Shown here in pieces: positions 38,934 to 48,839 of a stretch of DNA of 64,000 nucleotides (its first letter is position 1; every line of letters begins with the position of its first letter). The translations under genes and the position numbers were made by a program. The DNA comes from Acutalibacteraceae bacterium (GTDB taxonomy: Bacteria; Bacillota; Clostridia; Oscillospirales; Acutalibacteraceae). The notes beneath the pieces are model-generated. The model was not told the DNA's origin, made no database searches, and was given only the letters and a program-made list of their open reading frames with translations. The stretch is taken from the NCBI GenBank assembly GCA_045643805.1, contig JAZRFT010000017.1:88123-152122 (forward strand). The letters run 5' to 3'.

Positions 38934-40145
38934 ATGGCAGACAACAAAAAAACGAACAGAAAACCCAATAAAAGAACAGCACCCTTGCCGCCTAAAAAGG
39001 TGGGCAAGGGTAACGGCTGTGCGCTTTATAAAAAGTGCGGCGGCTGTCAGCTTCAGAATATGACCTATGAAGAGCAGCTTTCCTTCAAGCAGGTCAAAGC
39101 AATCAAAAACCTCGGACGCTTCGGTCACGTTGAAGAAATTATCGGAATGGAAAACCCTGTGCATTACCGCAACAAGGTGCAGGCGGCGTTCGGCTATAGA
39201 AACGGCAGAATTATTTCCGGCGTTTATCAGTCCTCAACACATAATATCATCCCCGTAGATGAATGTTTACTTGAGGATAAGCTTGCCGACAGTATTATTG
39301 TTACCGTCAGAAAAATGCTTCCGAAGTACAAGCTGACTTCTTACAACGAGGATACGGGCAAGGGCTTTTTGCGTCACGTCCTTGTAAAAAGGAGCTTTCA
39401 CACCGGACAGACAATGGTTGTGCTTGTTTCGGGTACTCCGCTTTTCCCGAAAAAGGACGAATTTGTTAAGGAATTGCTTTCAAAGCATGAGGAGATAACC
39501 ACGGTTATCCACAACATCAACGGTGCAAAAACAAGCCTTGTCCTCGGTGATAGAGAAACGGTGCTTTACGGTAACGGATATATTGAGGATATCCTCTGCG
39601 GAAAAACCTTCCGCATTTCGGCAAAGTCCTTTTATCAGATAAATCCCACGCAGACTGAGGTGCTTTACAATACGGCGGTTGAGTTTGCAGGTCTTACGGG
39701 CAAGGAAAGGGTGCTTGACGCCTACTGCGGCACGGGTACAATCGGTATAGTTGCCTCGGATAAGGCGAAAGAGGTTATCGGTGTTGAACTCAATGAGCAG
39801 GCAGTCCGTGATGCAAAGGTCAATGCAAAGCTCAACAACACGGAAAACATACGCTTTTTTGCCGCCGATGCAGGTAAATTTATGGTAGAAGCCGCAAGGG
39901 CAAAGGAAAAATTTGACCTTGTGTTTATGGATCCGCCGAGGGCAGGCAGTGACCTCAACTTTTTAAAAAGTGTTGTCACACTTGCCCCTAAAAAGGTGGT
40001 TTATGTTTCCTGTAACGTGGAAACCCAGGCAAGGGACCTTGCCTTCCTTTGCAAAAACGGTTACAGGGTGAAAAAAATTCAGCCCGTGGATATGTTCCCT
40101 CATACGGGGCATGTAGAATGCGTAGTAAATCTTGAACGAAAATAA
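38934..40145 (+). CDS. 23S rRNA (uracil-5-)-methyltransferase, RumA/RlmCD family
   Basis: The Fe-S Cys cluster CALYKKCGGCQLQ is present. SAM motifs are LDAYCGTGTIG and DPPRAG, with the catalytic YVSCN. Confidence 0.85.
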   Translation: MADNKKTNRKPNKRTAPLPPKKVGKGNGCALYKKCGGCQLQNMTYEEQLSFKQVKAIKNLGRFGHVEEIIGMENPVHYRNKVQAAFGYRNGRIISGVYQSSTHNIIPVDECLLEDKLADSIIVTVRKMLPKYKLTSYNEDTGKGFLRHVLVKRSFHTGQTMVVLVSGTPLFPKKDEFVKELLSKHEEITTVIHNINGAKTSLVLGDRETVLYGNGYIEDILCGKTFRISAKSFYQINPTQTEVLYNTAVEFAGLTGKERVLDAYCGTGTIGIVASDKAKEVIGVELNEQAVRDAKVNAKLNNTENIRFFAADAGKFMVEAARAKEKFDLVFMDPPRAGSDLNFLKSVVTLAPKKVVYVSCNVETQARDLAFLCKNGYRVKKIQPVDMFPHTGHVECVVNLERK

Positions 40146-40160
40146 AGGGGAGGAAAACAG

Positions 40161-41720
40161 ATGAATCAGCTTAAATCACAAACGATTCGCAATAAAATAA
40201 CAAAAGACGTTATATTTACAGCGTTTATTTTCATTGCTTTTGCAGTACTTGTATATTTGTTCCCTTATTCGGGAGATGACTGGGCATGGGGCACACAAAT
40301 CGGTCTTGACCGACTTGCGGTATGGTTCAAGGCTTATAACGGCAGATATTTAGGCAACCTGCTTGAATTGGCGCTTACACGAAGTGAGCTTCTTAATATG
40401 CTTGTAAGCAGTGCCTTTTTTACAGCGGCCTGCTTTTTGCCAAGGCTTTATTCGGGAAGCAAAAGCTTTACCGCTTATTTAATGGGCTGTGTAATGTTCC
40501 TGCTTATGCCGAAGGATGTTTTTGTGCAGTCAATAGTATGGACCGCAGGCTTTTCAAATTACATACCTCCCATTGTTCTTACAATGCTTTACTTTGTATT
40601 TATAAAGAACATTTTTGATGAAAAAAAGCCGGAATACCGTCCGTGGATTGGTGTCCTTTCGGCAGTAATCGGCTTTTCGAGTACATTGTTTATGGAAAAT
40701 GTAACGCTTTTTGTTGTTGCAATTTCTGTGCTTATAATATTTTATTCTTATCTGCGCTTTAAAAAGCTGTTCGTTGTTCACCTTATGCATCTTGCAGGCT
40801 CGGTTATCGGTGCGGTTGTAATGTTTACAAATGCCGCTTATCTTAACATTGCCCAGGGTGACGACTTTTACCGTGAAACTGCCGCAGACCTTGGAATTGT
40901 TGATACCGTGCTTTCAAACTCAATGGAGATATTCAGAAGCTTTTTCAGCGGAAACATCACCGCTCTTGTTATTTTCAGTGTGCTTTGTGCCATTCTTTGC
41001 ATTGTTTTTGTTAAAGGCTCGGCAGACCGTATCAGAAAGCTTATTGCTGTTGCAAGCTTCGGTGTCAATGTATTATCTCTTATGATTATTTATTTCAAAA
41101 GCAGATTTACTCATTGGGAGCTTTTCTATGGATATGAAAAGTCCTCGCTGATCACTGTTTTGTTTTTCATTATGATTGCCGCGGTTTATTTTGCAAGCGG
41201 TATTGTTTGTGTTTTTATCTGTGTTGAGTGTGAAAAAACGAGAAACAAAAATTTACTTCTGCTTATAAGCATTCCCGTGCTTATTGCACCCCTGGCTGTG
41301 GTTTCACCCATAGGTCCACGTTGCTTCTTCCCACCGTATATGATGCTTATGGGCATATGCGTTTCCTTGTTTGTTTATATTAAGGATAAGCTTGGTTGGA
41401 GCCCTGAAGTGAATAAGAGCATAGCTGTGTCATTGATTGCAGTATGCATTGCAAGTGTTACCTTCCTTTTCAGTATATATTCGTCAATACATTATTTTGA
41501 TGTAAAGAGAAGCGAGTATGCTGTAAAGCAGGCAGAGGAAAGAAGCAAAAATGTGATCGTCTGCAACCTTCCGTATCCTTCTTATGTGTGGACGGGAGAC
41601 CCTGAGGTTGAGCCCTGGAGCACCCGTTACAAGCTCTTTTACGGCATTGATAAGGATGTAACCTTTGAATTTATTTCCCGTGAGGAGTTCAAAGAATTTA
41701 TGAAGAGCTACGAGGAGTAA
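40161..41720 (+). CDS. Polytopic membrane protein (DUF6056-like, GT-C-like architecture)
   Basis: The RBS is AAGGGGAGGA. About 12 TM segments are predicted, with an early SGDDWAW motif. The family call is from memory. Confidence 0.5.
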   Translation: MNQLKSQTIRNKITKDVIFTAFIFIAFAVLVYLFPYSGDDWAWGTQIGLDRLAVWFKAYNGRYLGNLLELALTRSELLNMLVSSAFFTAACFLPRLYSGSKSFTAYLMGCVMFLLMPKDVFVQSIVWTAGFSNYIPPIVLTMLYFVFIKNIFDEKKPEYRPWIGVLSAVIGFSSTLFMENVTLFVVAISVLIIFYSYLRFKKLFVVHLMHLAGSVIGAVVMFTNAAYLNIAQGDDFYRETAADLGIVDTVLSNSMEIFRSFFSGNITALVIFSVLCAILCIVFVKGSADRIRKLIAVASFGVNVLSLMIIYFKSRFTHWELFYGYEKSSLITVLFFIMIAAVYFASGIVCVFICVECEKTRNKNLLLLISIPVLIAPLAVVSPIGPRCFFPPYMMLMGICVSLFVYIKDKLGWSPEVNKSIAVSLIAVCIASVTFLFSIYSSIHYFDVKRSEYAVKQAEERSKNVIVCNLPYPSYVWTGDPEVEPWSTRYKLFYGIDKDVTFEFISREEFKEFMKSYEE

Positions 41721-41727
41721 GCAAGAC

Positions 41728-42561
41728 TTACTCTGTTATAATTGAAAAAACATAAATAAGTCCCTTTTCCTCGGGATGCTTTTCGAGGTAAACGAGCTTA
41801 CTGTTTATTCCCTTTTCCCTTGCGGCAAGGTCAAAATTGCAGGCGGCAATGCCGATGTCAAGACGCTGGATGTCGTGAGCGGAGGAGGGGATAGTTTTTT
41901 TCTCAAAGAAATGGAAGGTATTTCCATCCTTGAGAATACGCCAGGGCTGAGCATTTTTTGCAGAGGGAGCAAGGCGTACAGACTCAAGAATTTCGGAATA
42001 ATCACCTGAAGCCTCTTTTGAGAGGGGAGAAGAAAAGCTTTTATCAAAAAAGATTTCCTCAAAGGCTTTTCTGCTGTCGGCCTTTATAGCCTTGCGCATA
42101 ATTTTATCAACGGTGTGGTTTTTCGGTGCGGGGTAACCGACAGGTGAAGCAATGGGGAAAAACTCATTTCCCTGAAGTTCCATTGCTTTTGCAAATTCAC
42201 CTCTGTTAAAGGTGCCTCCGAGCCAGCAGGTGCCAAGGCCTATACTTGCCGTGTAAAGCACAAGCTTTTCGAAAACATAGCCTACGGCTTCCATAGCGTC
42301 TTCGGTTTCATCGACGGCAACACCGAGGTATGTACGGGCATTTTTAATTACCCCGTAGGTGCCAAGGTCCTTTGCATTTATGTCCTTGTCAACGTCGAAT
42401 ATACGTATTCTTACCTTTGCGGCAAAGGGAGTTTTATCTTCTGCAAGAAAATTTATAAAAGCACTTATCTTTTCTCTGTCTGCATTTTCCAGAGGCTTTT
42501 CAATGTAGGTGCGGACGCTTTTTCTTTTTTCAGCGGTTTCTTTTACAGGGAAGCTTGTCAT
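41728..42561 (-). CDS. Nitroreductase family protein
   Basis: KRKSVRTY is near the N-terminus, and LAPSAKNAQPW is typical of the nitroreductase fold. Confidence 0.8.
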   Translation of the reverse strand: MTSFPVKETAEKRKSVRTYIEKPLENADREKISAFINFLAEDKTPFAAKVRIRIFDVDKDINAKDLGTYGVIKNARTYLGVAVDETEDAMEAVGYVFEKLVLYTASIGLGTCWLGGTFNRGEFAKAMELQGNEFFPIASPVGYPAPKNHTVDKIMRKAIKADSRKAFEEIFFDKSFSSPLSKEASGDYSEILESVRLAPSAKNAQPWRILKDGNTFHFFEKKTIPSSAHDIQRLDIGIAACNFDLAAREKGINSKLVYLEKHPEEKGLIYVFSIITE

Positions 42562-42683
42562 ATTGTTTATCTCCTTTTATATTTATCTTAAAAGAATTAT
42601 AACACATAAAATATGGTAATAAATGTATTTTTATTTAAAACAATAACGGCTGAAGATTGTTTTCTTCAGCCGTCCGTTTTAAG

Positions 42684-43901
42684 TTATGCCTTTTGAGTGT
42701 TCTTTACTTCTTCCGCCTTCTGTTCGGTTTTCTCGGCTTCTGCCTTTGAGGATTTCCAGATGTGGATGATGCCCTCATCATTGAGCACCTTGAGCATGGT
42801 TACAAGGATGGGAGCAATAATCATACCGAGTACACCGAAAACCTTAAGTCCGAGGTAAAGAGCAGAGATTGTAACAACGGGGGAAAGACCCAGCTGACCT
42901 GCAACGAGCTTGGGCTCGATAACCTGACGGATAACGGTGATTGCGGCATAGATAACTGCAAGGCCGATAGCAAGACCGAAGTTACCGGTGATGAGGCTGT
43001 AAAGCGCCCAGGGAATGAGGATTGTACCTGTACCGAGCACGGGGATGATATCAACAATTGCGGTTGCAATAGCAATTAAAACTGCGTAGCTTGATGAGTA
43101 AATGCCTGCAAGCTTAAGGATAGAAAGACCGATGAACATTTCGGTAAAGGTTACGGTCATAATAAGAGCGTAGGCCTTTGCCATTTTTGAAAGTGTGCTT
43201 TTGAGCAGGACCTTTGCCCTTGAAAGATCCTTGCGCTTGTTTTCGGGGAACTGGCGCTTGATAAAGCCCATAATTTCACCGTAATCGGAGGTCATAAAGC
43301 AGGAAGCAACAAGGGTGATAACAACGGCAATGAGAATTGAAGGAATCTGCTTTGCGGTTGAAATAACACCGCTTAAGGGTGTTGTAATCCATGAAAAGCT
43401 GAAGGCGTTTCCGAGTGAGCCGGTAATGCTGTCAGTAAGCTCGGTGCTCTGACCTGCAAGGTATTCACGAATCTGCGTAAAAATTGTGGTTACGGATTCT
43501 GTAAGGGTTTCTGAAAGGAAGCTGGGGAGATTTCCTACAAAGCCCATAATTGCATTTTCTATGTTTGTTACAAGCACGTCGATGTGCTGAATCTGTATGC
43601 TGATGTACTCAATAAATCCGCTGATTTCACTTACGGCACGCACACCGATAAGAGCGACTAAGGCGATTACAATAAAAATCATCAGGAAAAGTGAAATTAC
43701 GGAAGCGGCTCCTTTTTTCAGGAAGGTTTTACGTGTAAGAAAGTTCTTGGGCCCCTGAAGGATTGTGGCGATGAAAAATGCACAAACAATCGGGAAGCAC
43801 ACACCGAGAGCATATCTTACAAATAAAAAGCCCAAAGCTATAATCATAAAGATGTAAGCAACATTTACTATGGCTTTTTTCTTTTTTTCAACATCTGTCA
43901 T
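42684..43901 (-). CDS. AI-2E family transporter (YtvI/PerM-like)
   Basis: Start moved to MTDVEKKK after GAGGTG. Eight TM segments are predicted, and the conserved tail is IEPKLVG..LGLSPVV. Confidence 0.8.
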   Translation of the reverse strand: MTDVEKKKKAIVNVAYIFMIIALGFLFVRYALGVCFPIVCAFFIATILQGPKNFLTRKTFLKKGAASVISLFLMIFIVIALVALIGVRAVSEISGFIEYISIQIQHIDVLVTNIENAIMGFVGNLPSFLSETLTESVTTIFTQIREYLAGQSTELTDSITGSLGNAFSFSWITTPLSGVISTAKQIPSILIAVVITLVASCFMTSDYGEIMGFIKRQFPENKRKDLSRAKVLLKSTLSKMAKAYALIMTVTFTEMFIGLSILKLAGIYSSSYAVLIAIATAIVDIIPVLGTGTILIPWALYSLITGNFGLAIGLAVIYAAITVIRQVIEPKLVAGQLGLSPVVTISALYLGLKVFGVLGMIIAPILVTMLKVLNDEGIIHIWKSSKAEAEKTEQKAEEVKNTQKA

Positions 43902-44120
43902 AAAAAAACACCTCACTATTACTTTTAATAATATTAACTTATTTTTATTTCAAAATCAATCTTTTGAGAAAATAAATAAAAAAATTACTTTTGAAGTGAA
44001 AAAAATTTCGTTAAAGCCTTTTATTATTTGATAAAGTATGTTATTATTATTGAGTATATATGCGATTATTGTCATTTATTAAGTTATTGACAGCTTTTTG
44101 CAGAGAAAGGTAGTGAAAAA

Positions 44121-45350
44121 ATGAACGTTGCTATTCTCGGTTACGGTATTGTCGGTTCCGGTGTTGCTAAAGTTCTGAAAGAAAATTCAAAGACTATTAC
44201 AGAAAAAACCGGTCACGAATTTAAGGTAACACGCATTCTTGATATCAGAGATTTTCCTTTAAGCGAATATCGCTCAATTATTACAAAGAATTTTGAGGAA
44301 ATTGCCAACGATAAAAATATTGATATCGTTGTTGAAACAATGGGCGGTGTAGAGCCTGCCTTCGGTTTTGTTTCAACTTGTCTTGAAAAGGGCAAGCACG
44401 TTGTTTCCTCAAACAAGGAGCTTGTTGCGGTAAAGGGTGCACAGCTTCTTAAAATTGCACGTGAAAATAACGTAAACTTCTTTTTCGAAGCTTCTGTCGG
44501 CGGCGGTATTCCCGTAATCAGACCCATCAGCCGCGACCTTGCAGGTAACAATATCGAAAAAATTTCCGGTATTCTTAACGGAACAACAAATTACATTCTG
44601 ACTAAAATGATAACAGAGGGTGTTTCCTTTGAGGCTGCCCTTAAAAATGCGCAGGAGCTCGGCTATGCTGAAAAGGATCCCGGCGCTGATGTTGACGGCA
44701 TTGATGCAATGAGAAAAATCTGTATCCTTGCATCTCTCTGCTACGGCACACATCTTGCTCCCGATGAAGTATATTGCGAAGGCATCAGAAGAATTACACT
44801 TGCTGACGTTGCTTATGCAGAAAAGTTCGGTAGCGTAATTAAGCTTGTTGCAAGAGCACAGAAACTTGCTGACGGTAAGGTTTATGCAGCAGTTTCACCC
44901 TGCTTTGTTAAAAAGACTCATATGCTTGCAGGTGTAGACGGTGTTAACAACGCTTGTCTTGTAACCGGTGATATGACAGGTGACGTGCTTATGTACGGTC
45001 AGGGTGCAGGCAGCGAAGCAACAGCTTCCGCAGTTGTAGGTGATATCATCGACTGTGCAGACAACAGCAAGGAAAGAAAGATTTTCGGCTGGGAAAGCGC
45101 CTGTGAGGATATTCTTTCCGATTATACTGAAAAGGAAACTGCACTTTATGTAAGATGTACAGCTCTTGATAAGGCAGAGACCTGCAGAAGAATCAAGTCA
45201 ATTTTCGGTAAGGTTGTTTTCCTTTGGAGAAAGGATCAGCCCGAAAACGAAATCGCTTTCATCACACCCGTTATGAAGGAAAAACAGCTTCGCAAGGTGC
45301 TCAGCACAACCGGAGTAAGCGTAATTACCACAATCAGAATATTCGAATAA
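44121..45350 (+). CDS. hom: Homoserine dehydrogenase
   Basis: The NAD-binding N-terminus is VAILGYGIVGSGV. LNGTTNYILT, GYAE.DP..DV.G.D and a C-terminal ACT-like domain are present. Confidence 0.9.
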   Translation: MNVAILGYGIVGSGVAKVLKENSKTITEKTGHEFKVTRILDIRDFPLSEYRSIITKNFEEIANDKNIDIVVETMGGVEPAFGFVSTCLEKGKHVVSSNKELVAVKGAQLLKIARENNVNFFFEASVGGGIPVIRPISRDLAGNNIEKISGILNGTTNYILTKMITEGVSFEAALKNAQELGYAEKDPGADVDGIDAMRKICILASLCYGTHLAPDEVYCEGIRRITLADVAYAEKFGSVIKLVARAQKLADGKVYAAVSPCFVKKTHMLAGVDGVNNACLVTGDMTGDVLMYGQGAGSEATASAVVGDIIDCADNSKERKIFGWESACEDILSDYTEKETALYVRCTALDKAETCRRIKSIFGKVVFLWRKDQPENEIAFITPVMKEKQLRKVLSTTGVSVITTIRIFE

Positions 45351-45426
45351 ATTTAATCAGCACTCGGTGAAGGCCGTAAGGATTTAAACTTCGGCTTTTT
45401 CCGTTTTTATAGGAGGCACATATACA

Positions 45427-46629
45427 ATGGCATTGATAGTACAGAAATTCGGCGGCTCATCCGTTGCCGATGCCGACAGAGTAAGAAACGTTGCCCGTAT
45501 TATTACGGACACTTATAAGGAAGGCAACAACGTTGTTGTTGTAGTTTCTGCTCAGGGTGATACAACAGACGACCTTATTGATAAGGCAAAGGAAATCAGC
45601 TCAAATCCCTCAAAAAGAGAGATGGATATGCTTCTTACCGCAGGTGAGCAGATTTCAATTTCACTTCTTGCAATGGCAATTGAAGCAATGGGATATCCCG
45701 TCATTTCACTTCTCGGCTGGCAGGCAGGCTTCAGCACAAACTCAAGCTACGGCAGCGCAAGAATCCGCGAGGTTAAAACAGAAAGACTTGAAAAAGAGCT
45801 TGATCAGAAAAAGATTGTTATCGTAGCAGGCTTCCAGGGCCTTAACAAGTACGATGACCTTACAACTCTCGGCAGAGGCGGTTCAGACACAAGTGCAGTT
45901 GCTCTTGCAGCCGCTCTTCACGCAGACCGTTGTCAGATTTTCACCGACGTTACAGGCGTGTTCACCGCAGACCCCAGAAAGGTTGAAAACACACAGAAGC
46001 TTACAGACATCACTTATGATGAAATGCTTGAATTTGCTACTCTCGGCGCACAGGTTCTTAATAACCGTTCCGTTGAAATGGCAAAAAAATATAATGTTGA
46101 ACTTGAGGTTCTTTCAAGTCTTGTGAGAGAGCCCGGAACCATCGTCAGGGAGGTAGCAAAGATGGAAAAGATGTTAATCAGAGGCGTTACAAAGGATACA
46201 GATATCGCAAGAATTTCAGTTGTAGGTATGAAAGACATCCCCGGCAACGCATTCAAAATGTTCTCACGCCTTGCACAGAAGGGTATCAACATTGACGTTA
46301 TCCTTCAGTCAGTAGGCAGAGACGGCACAAAGGATATTTCCTTTACCTGTGCAGCAGGCTGTGCAGATGAAGCAGTTGAAATCCTTAAGGATATCTTTGA
46401 TATGGAGGGTGCAGTTGTTTCAAGCGACACATCAGTTGCAAAGGTTTCAATTGTAGGTGCAGGCATGCAGTCACATTCAGGCACTGCTTCAAAGATGTTT
46501 GGCGCCCTTTATGAGGCAGGCATCAACATCAGCATGATTTCCACAAGTGAAATCACAATTTCAGTTCTTATTGACAAGGAATATGCCGACAAGGCTGTAT
46601 CCGCAGTTCACAAGGCATTCTTCGGTTAA
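45427..46629 (+). CDS. lysC: Aspartate kinase
   Basis: IVQKFGGSSV, LGRGGSDTSA and two C-terminal ACT domains are present. Confidence 0.92.
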   Translation: MALIVQKFGGSSVADADRVRNVARIITDTYKEGNNVVVVVSAQGDTTDDLIDKAKEISSNPSKREMDMLLTAGEQISISLLAMAIEAMGYPVISLLGWQAGFSTNSSYGSARIREVKTERLEKELDQKKIVIVAGFQGLNKYDDLTTLGRGGSDTSAVALAAALHADRCQIFTDVTGVFTADPRKVENTQKLTDITYDEMLEFATLGAQVLNNRSVEMAKKYNVELEVLSSLVREPGTIVREVAKMEKMLIRGVTKDTDIARISVVGMKDIPGNAFKMFSRLAQKGINIDVILQSVGRDGTKDISFTCAAGCADEAVEILKDIFDMEGAVVSSDTSVAKVSIVGAGMQSHSGTASKMFGALYEAGINISMISTSEITISVLIDKEYADKAVSAVHKAFFG

Positions 46630-46634
46630 AAGAT

Positions 46635-46766
46635 GTTTAATTAAGCGCAGAGCAAAAAGCAAACTTTCAAAGCGAAAGTTTGCTTTTTTAGACATTTTTT
46701 TGCCCGCTCGGCGTATAGACATACGCCTTCGGGACAAAGAAAATGCCTTCTGCATCTTAATTAAAC
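46635..46766. repeat. Inverted-repeat-flanked terminator cassette (distinct sequence family)
   Basis: GTTTAATTAAG (46635..46645) and CTTAATTAAAC (46756..46766) form a perfect 11-bp IR that extends imperfectly. The IR encloses a terminator and a second hairpin, and it starts 5 nt after the lysC stop. Confidence 0.6.
46654..46689 (+). terminator. Rho-independent terminator of lysC
   Basis: AAAAAGCAAACTTTC-aaagc-GAAAGTTTGCTTTTTT. Confidence 0.8.
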
Positions 46767-46900
46767 ACTTTTAAATGTGTTGCGGTGCCCCAAATTTGAA
46801 TTTGGGTAGGAGCAATGTGGTATATAACAATAAAAAATATGGTAAAAAGATAGTTGAGAATAGAGGTAATAAAAATTTCCAATTTACGAAGGTGTAGAAA

Positions 46901-48640
46901 ATGACCAAAAAAGGCTTACTTAAAAAACACTTTATCCCTTATTTCAAAAAGCACAAGGCAGTTCTTGCACTTGACCTTTTCTGTGCCCTTTTGACAACGG
47001 GGTGCGAAATTGTGCTGCCTATGATTATAAGGGAAATAACCTCCGTTGCAACAACGGATATTTCAAAGCTCACCTGGGAGCTTATTTTACGCCTTGCAGC
47101 GGTTTACGGTGTGCTTAAGCTTATTGATATGGCGGCAGGCTATTATATGATTTACATCGGTCACGGTATGGGTGTTAAAATTGAAAAGGATATGCGTGAG
47201 GATATGTTTGCTCACCTGCTTACTGCTCCCTTTTCTTATTTTGACAAAACAAAGGTCGGTCAGCTTATGTCAAGAATTACTACGGACCTTTTTGACATTG
47301 CGGAGTTTTCCCACCATTGCCCTGAGGAGTTTTTCATTGCGGGCATAAAGGTTATTGCCTCCTTCTCTATTCTTGCTTCAATCAATCTTACCCTGACTGT
47401 TGCAACCTTTATTGCAATACCTCTTATTTTCTTCGGTACAATTTATTTCAGAAGAAAAATGCGTACCGCCTTCAAGGAAAGAAGAGTCATTGCAGGTGAT
47501 GTCAATGCACAGACGGAAACGGCTCTGCTTGGTATCAGAGTTGTGAAATCTTTTGCAAATGAGGAGCTTGAAAAGGAAAAGTTCAACAAGGAAAGTACAG
47601 CGCTGAGTGTTGTTCAGCGTGATTCCTATAAATATATGGCAAGGCTCAACGGTGTGACAAGGCTTTTTGACGGCGTGATGTACGTTATTATGATTATCCT
47701 TGGCGGTAGTTTTCTTATAAAGGGCAAAATCACCGCTGCTGATATGACCGCTTACCTGCTTTATATAGGTATGCTGATTGCGGCAATAAAGAGAATTGTT
47801 GAGTTTACCGAGCAGTTTGAAAAGGGTATGACGGGTATTGAACGCTTTGCGGAAATACTTGAAACTCCGTCAGAGCCCGGCTATGGTAACGGTGAGACAG
47901 TTGAAGCGGTAAAAGGTGAGCTTGAGTTCAGAGATGTTTCCTTCAGCTATGCAAAGGAAAAGGGTGATGTGCTTGTTAACATCAGCCTTAAAGTAAATGA
48001 AGGTGAGAATGTTGCCGTGGTCGGCCCGTCTGGCAGCGGTAAAACAACGCTTTGCTCACTCGTTTCAAGGTTTTATGAGCCGCAGCAGGGCGGAATTTTT
48101 CTTGACGGTAAGGATATAAGAGAGCTTTCACTTTCATCATTGCGTGAGGCGGTTGGTGTAGTACAGCAGGATGTATATCTTTTCTCGGGAAGTGTTATTG
48201 AAAACATACTTTACGGCAAGAAAAACGGCACAAGGGAAGAGGCTGTTGAGGCGGCAAAAAGAGCAGGTGCTCACGAGTTTATTATGAGCCTTCCCGAAGG
48301 ATACGATACTTATGTCGGTGAAAGAGGTGTAATGCTTTCAGGCGGACAGAAGCAGAGAATAAGCATTGCGAGAGTGTTTGTGAAAAATCCGCCGATACTT
48401 ATTCTTGACGAGGCAACCTCGGCTCTTGACAATGAAAGTGAGCTTTACATCAAAAAATCCCTTGCAGAGCTTTCAAAGGGCAGGACAACCTTTACTATTG
48501 CACACAGACTTTCCACGGTGCGCAATGCTGACAGGATAATTGTGCTTACGGAAAAGGGCATTGAGCAGCAGGGTACACATGAGGAGCTTGTGAAGACAGA
48601 GGGTGTTTACAAAAGGCTTTATGAGAACTCAGAAATGTAA
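46901..48640 (+). CDS. ABC exporter, fused permease/ATPase (MsbA/multidrug type)
   Basis: The N-terminal domain has 6 TM segments. Walker A GPSGSGKTT, signature LSGGQKQR and Walker B ILILDEATSALD are present. Confidence 0.9.
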   Translation: MTKKGLLKKHFIPYFKKHKAVLALDLFCALLTTGCEIVLPMIIREITSVATTDISKLTWELILRLAAVYGVLKLIDMAAGYYMIYIGHGMGVKIEKDMREDMFAHLLTAPFSYFDKTKVGQLMSRITTDLFDIAEFSHHCPEEFFIAGIKVIASFSILASINLTLTVATFIAIPLIFFGTIYFRRKMRTAFKERRVIAGDVNAQTETALLGIRVVKSFANEELEKEKFNKESTALSVVQRDSYKYMARLNGVTRLFDGVMYVIMIILGGSFLIKGKITAADMTAYLLYIGMLIAAIKRIVEFTEQFEKGMTGIERFAEILETPSEPGYGNGETVEAVKGELEFRDVSFSYAKEKGDVLVNISLKVNEGENVAVVGPSGSGKTTLCSLVSRFYEPQQGGIFLDGKDIRELSLSSLREAVGVVQQDVYLFSGSVIENILYGKKNGTREEAVEAAKRAGAHEFIMSLPEGYDTYVGERGVMLSGGQKQRISIARVFVKNPPILILDEATSALDNESELYIKKSLAELSKGRTTFTIAHRLSTVRNADRIIVLTEKGIEQQGTHEELVKTEGVYKRLYENSEM

Positions 48641-48643
48641 AAT

Positions 48644-48828
48644 GGTAAAGTTCTTTGGGTTACCTTTCTTACAAGAAAGGTAACGCCTCGCGGCGAGCGA
48701 TTAAACAATACAACAAAGACAAAGGTCACGGAAGAAAAATCCGTGACCTTTAATTTTAAGCGTAATTTGTTTTATGACCTCGCCGGTCGGGCATTCTTTC
48801 TTGTAAGAAAGAATCAAAGAACTTTACC
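48644..48828. repeat. REP/BIME-like inverted doublet (type B / type B) around a terminator
   Basis: The termini form a perfect 14-bp IR: GGTAAAGTTCTTTG (48644..48657) and CAAAGAACTTTACC (48815..48828). Arm hairpins are GTTACCTTTCTT/AAGAAAGGTAAC and ATTCTTTCTT/AAGAAAGAAT. Confidence 0.85.
48721..48751. terminator. Bidirectional terminator (GTCACGGAA type)
   Basis: AAAGGTCACGG-(9 nt)-CCGTGACCTTT. Confidence 0.75.
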
Positions 48829-48839
48829 CTTTCTTGCTT

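Noticed and set aside
43917-44120. Possible riboswitch, T-box or attenuator upstream of hom, and between hom and lysC (45351..45426).
   Set aside because: I could not recognise lysine, SAM or T-box core motifs (no specifier/T-box sequence, no L-box helices). The regions are AT-rich with only weak hairpins.
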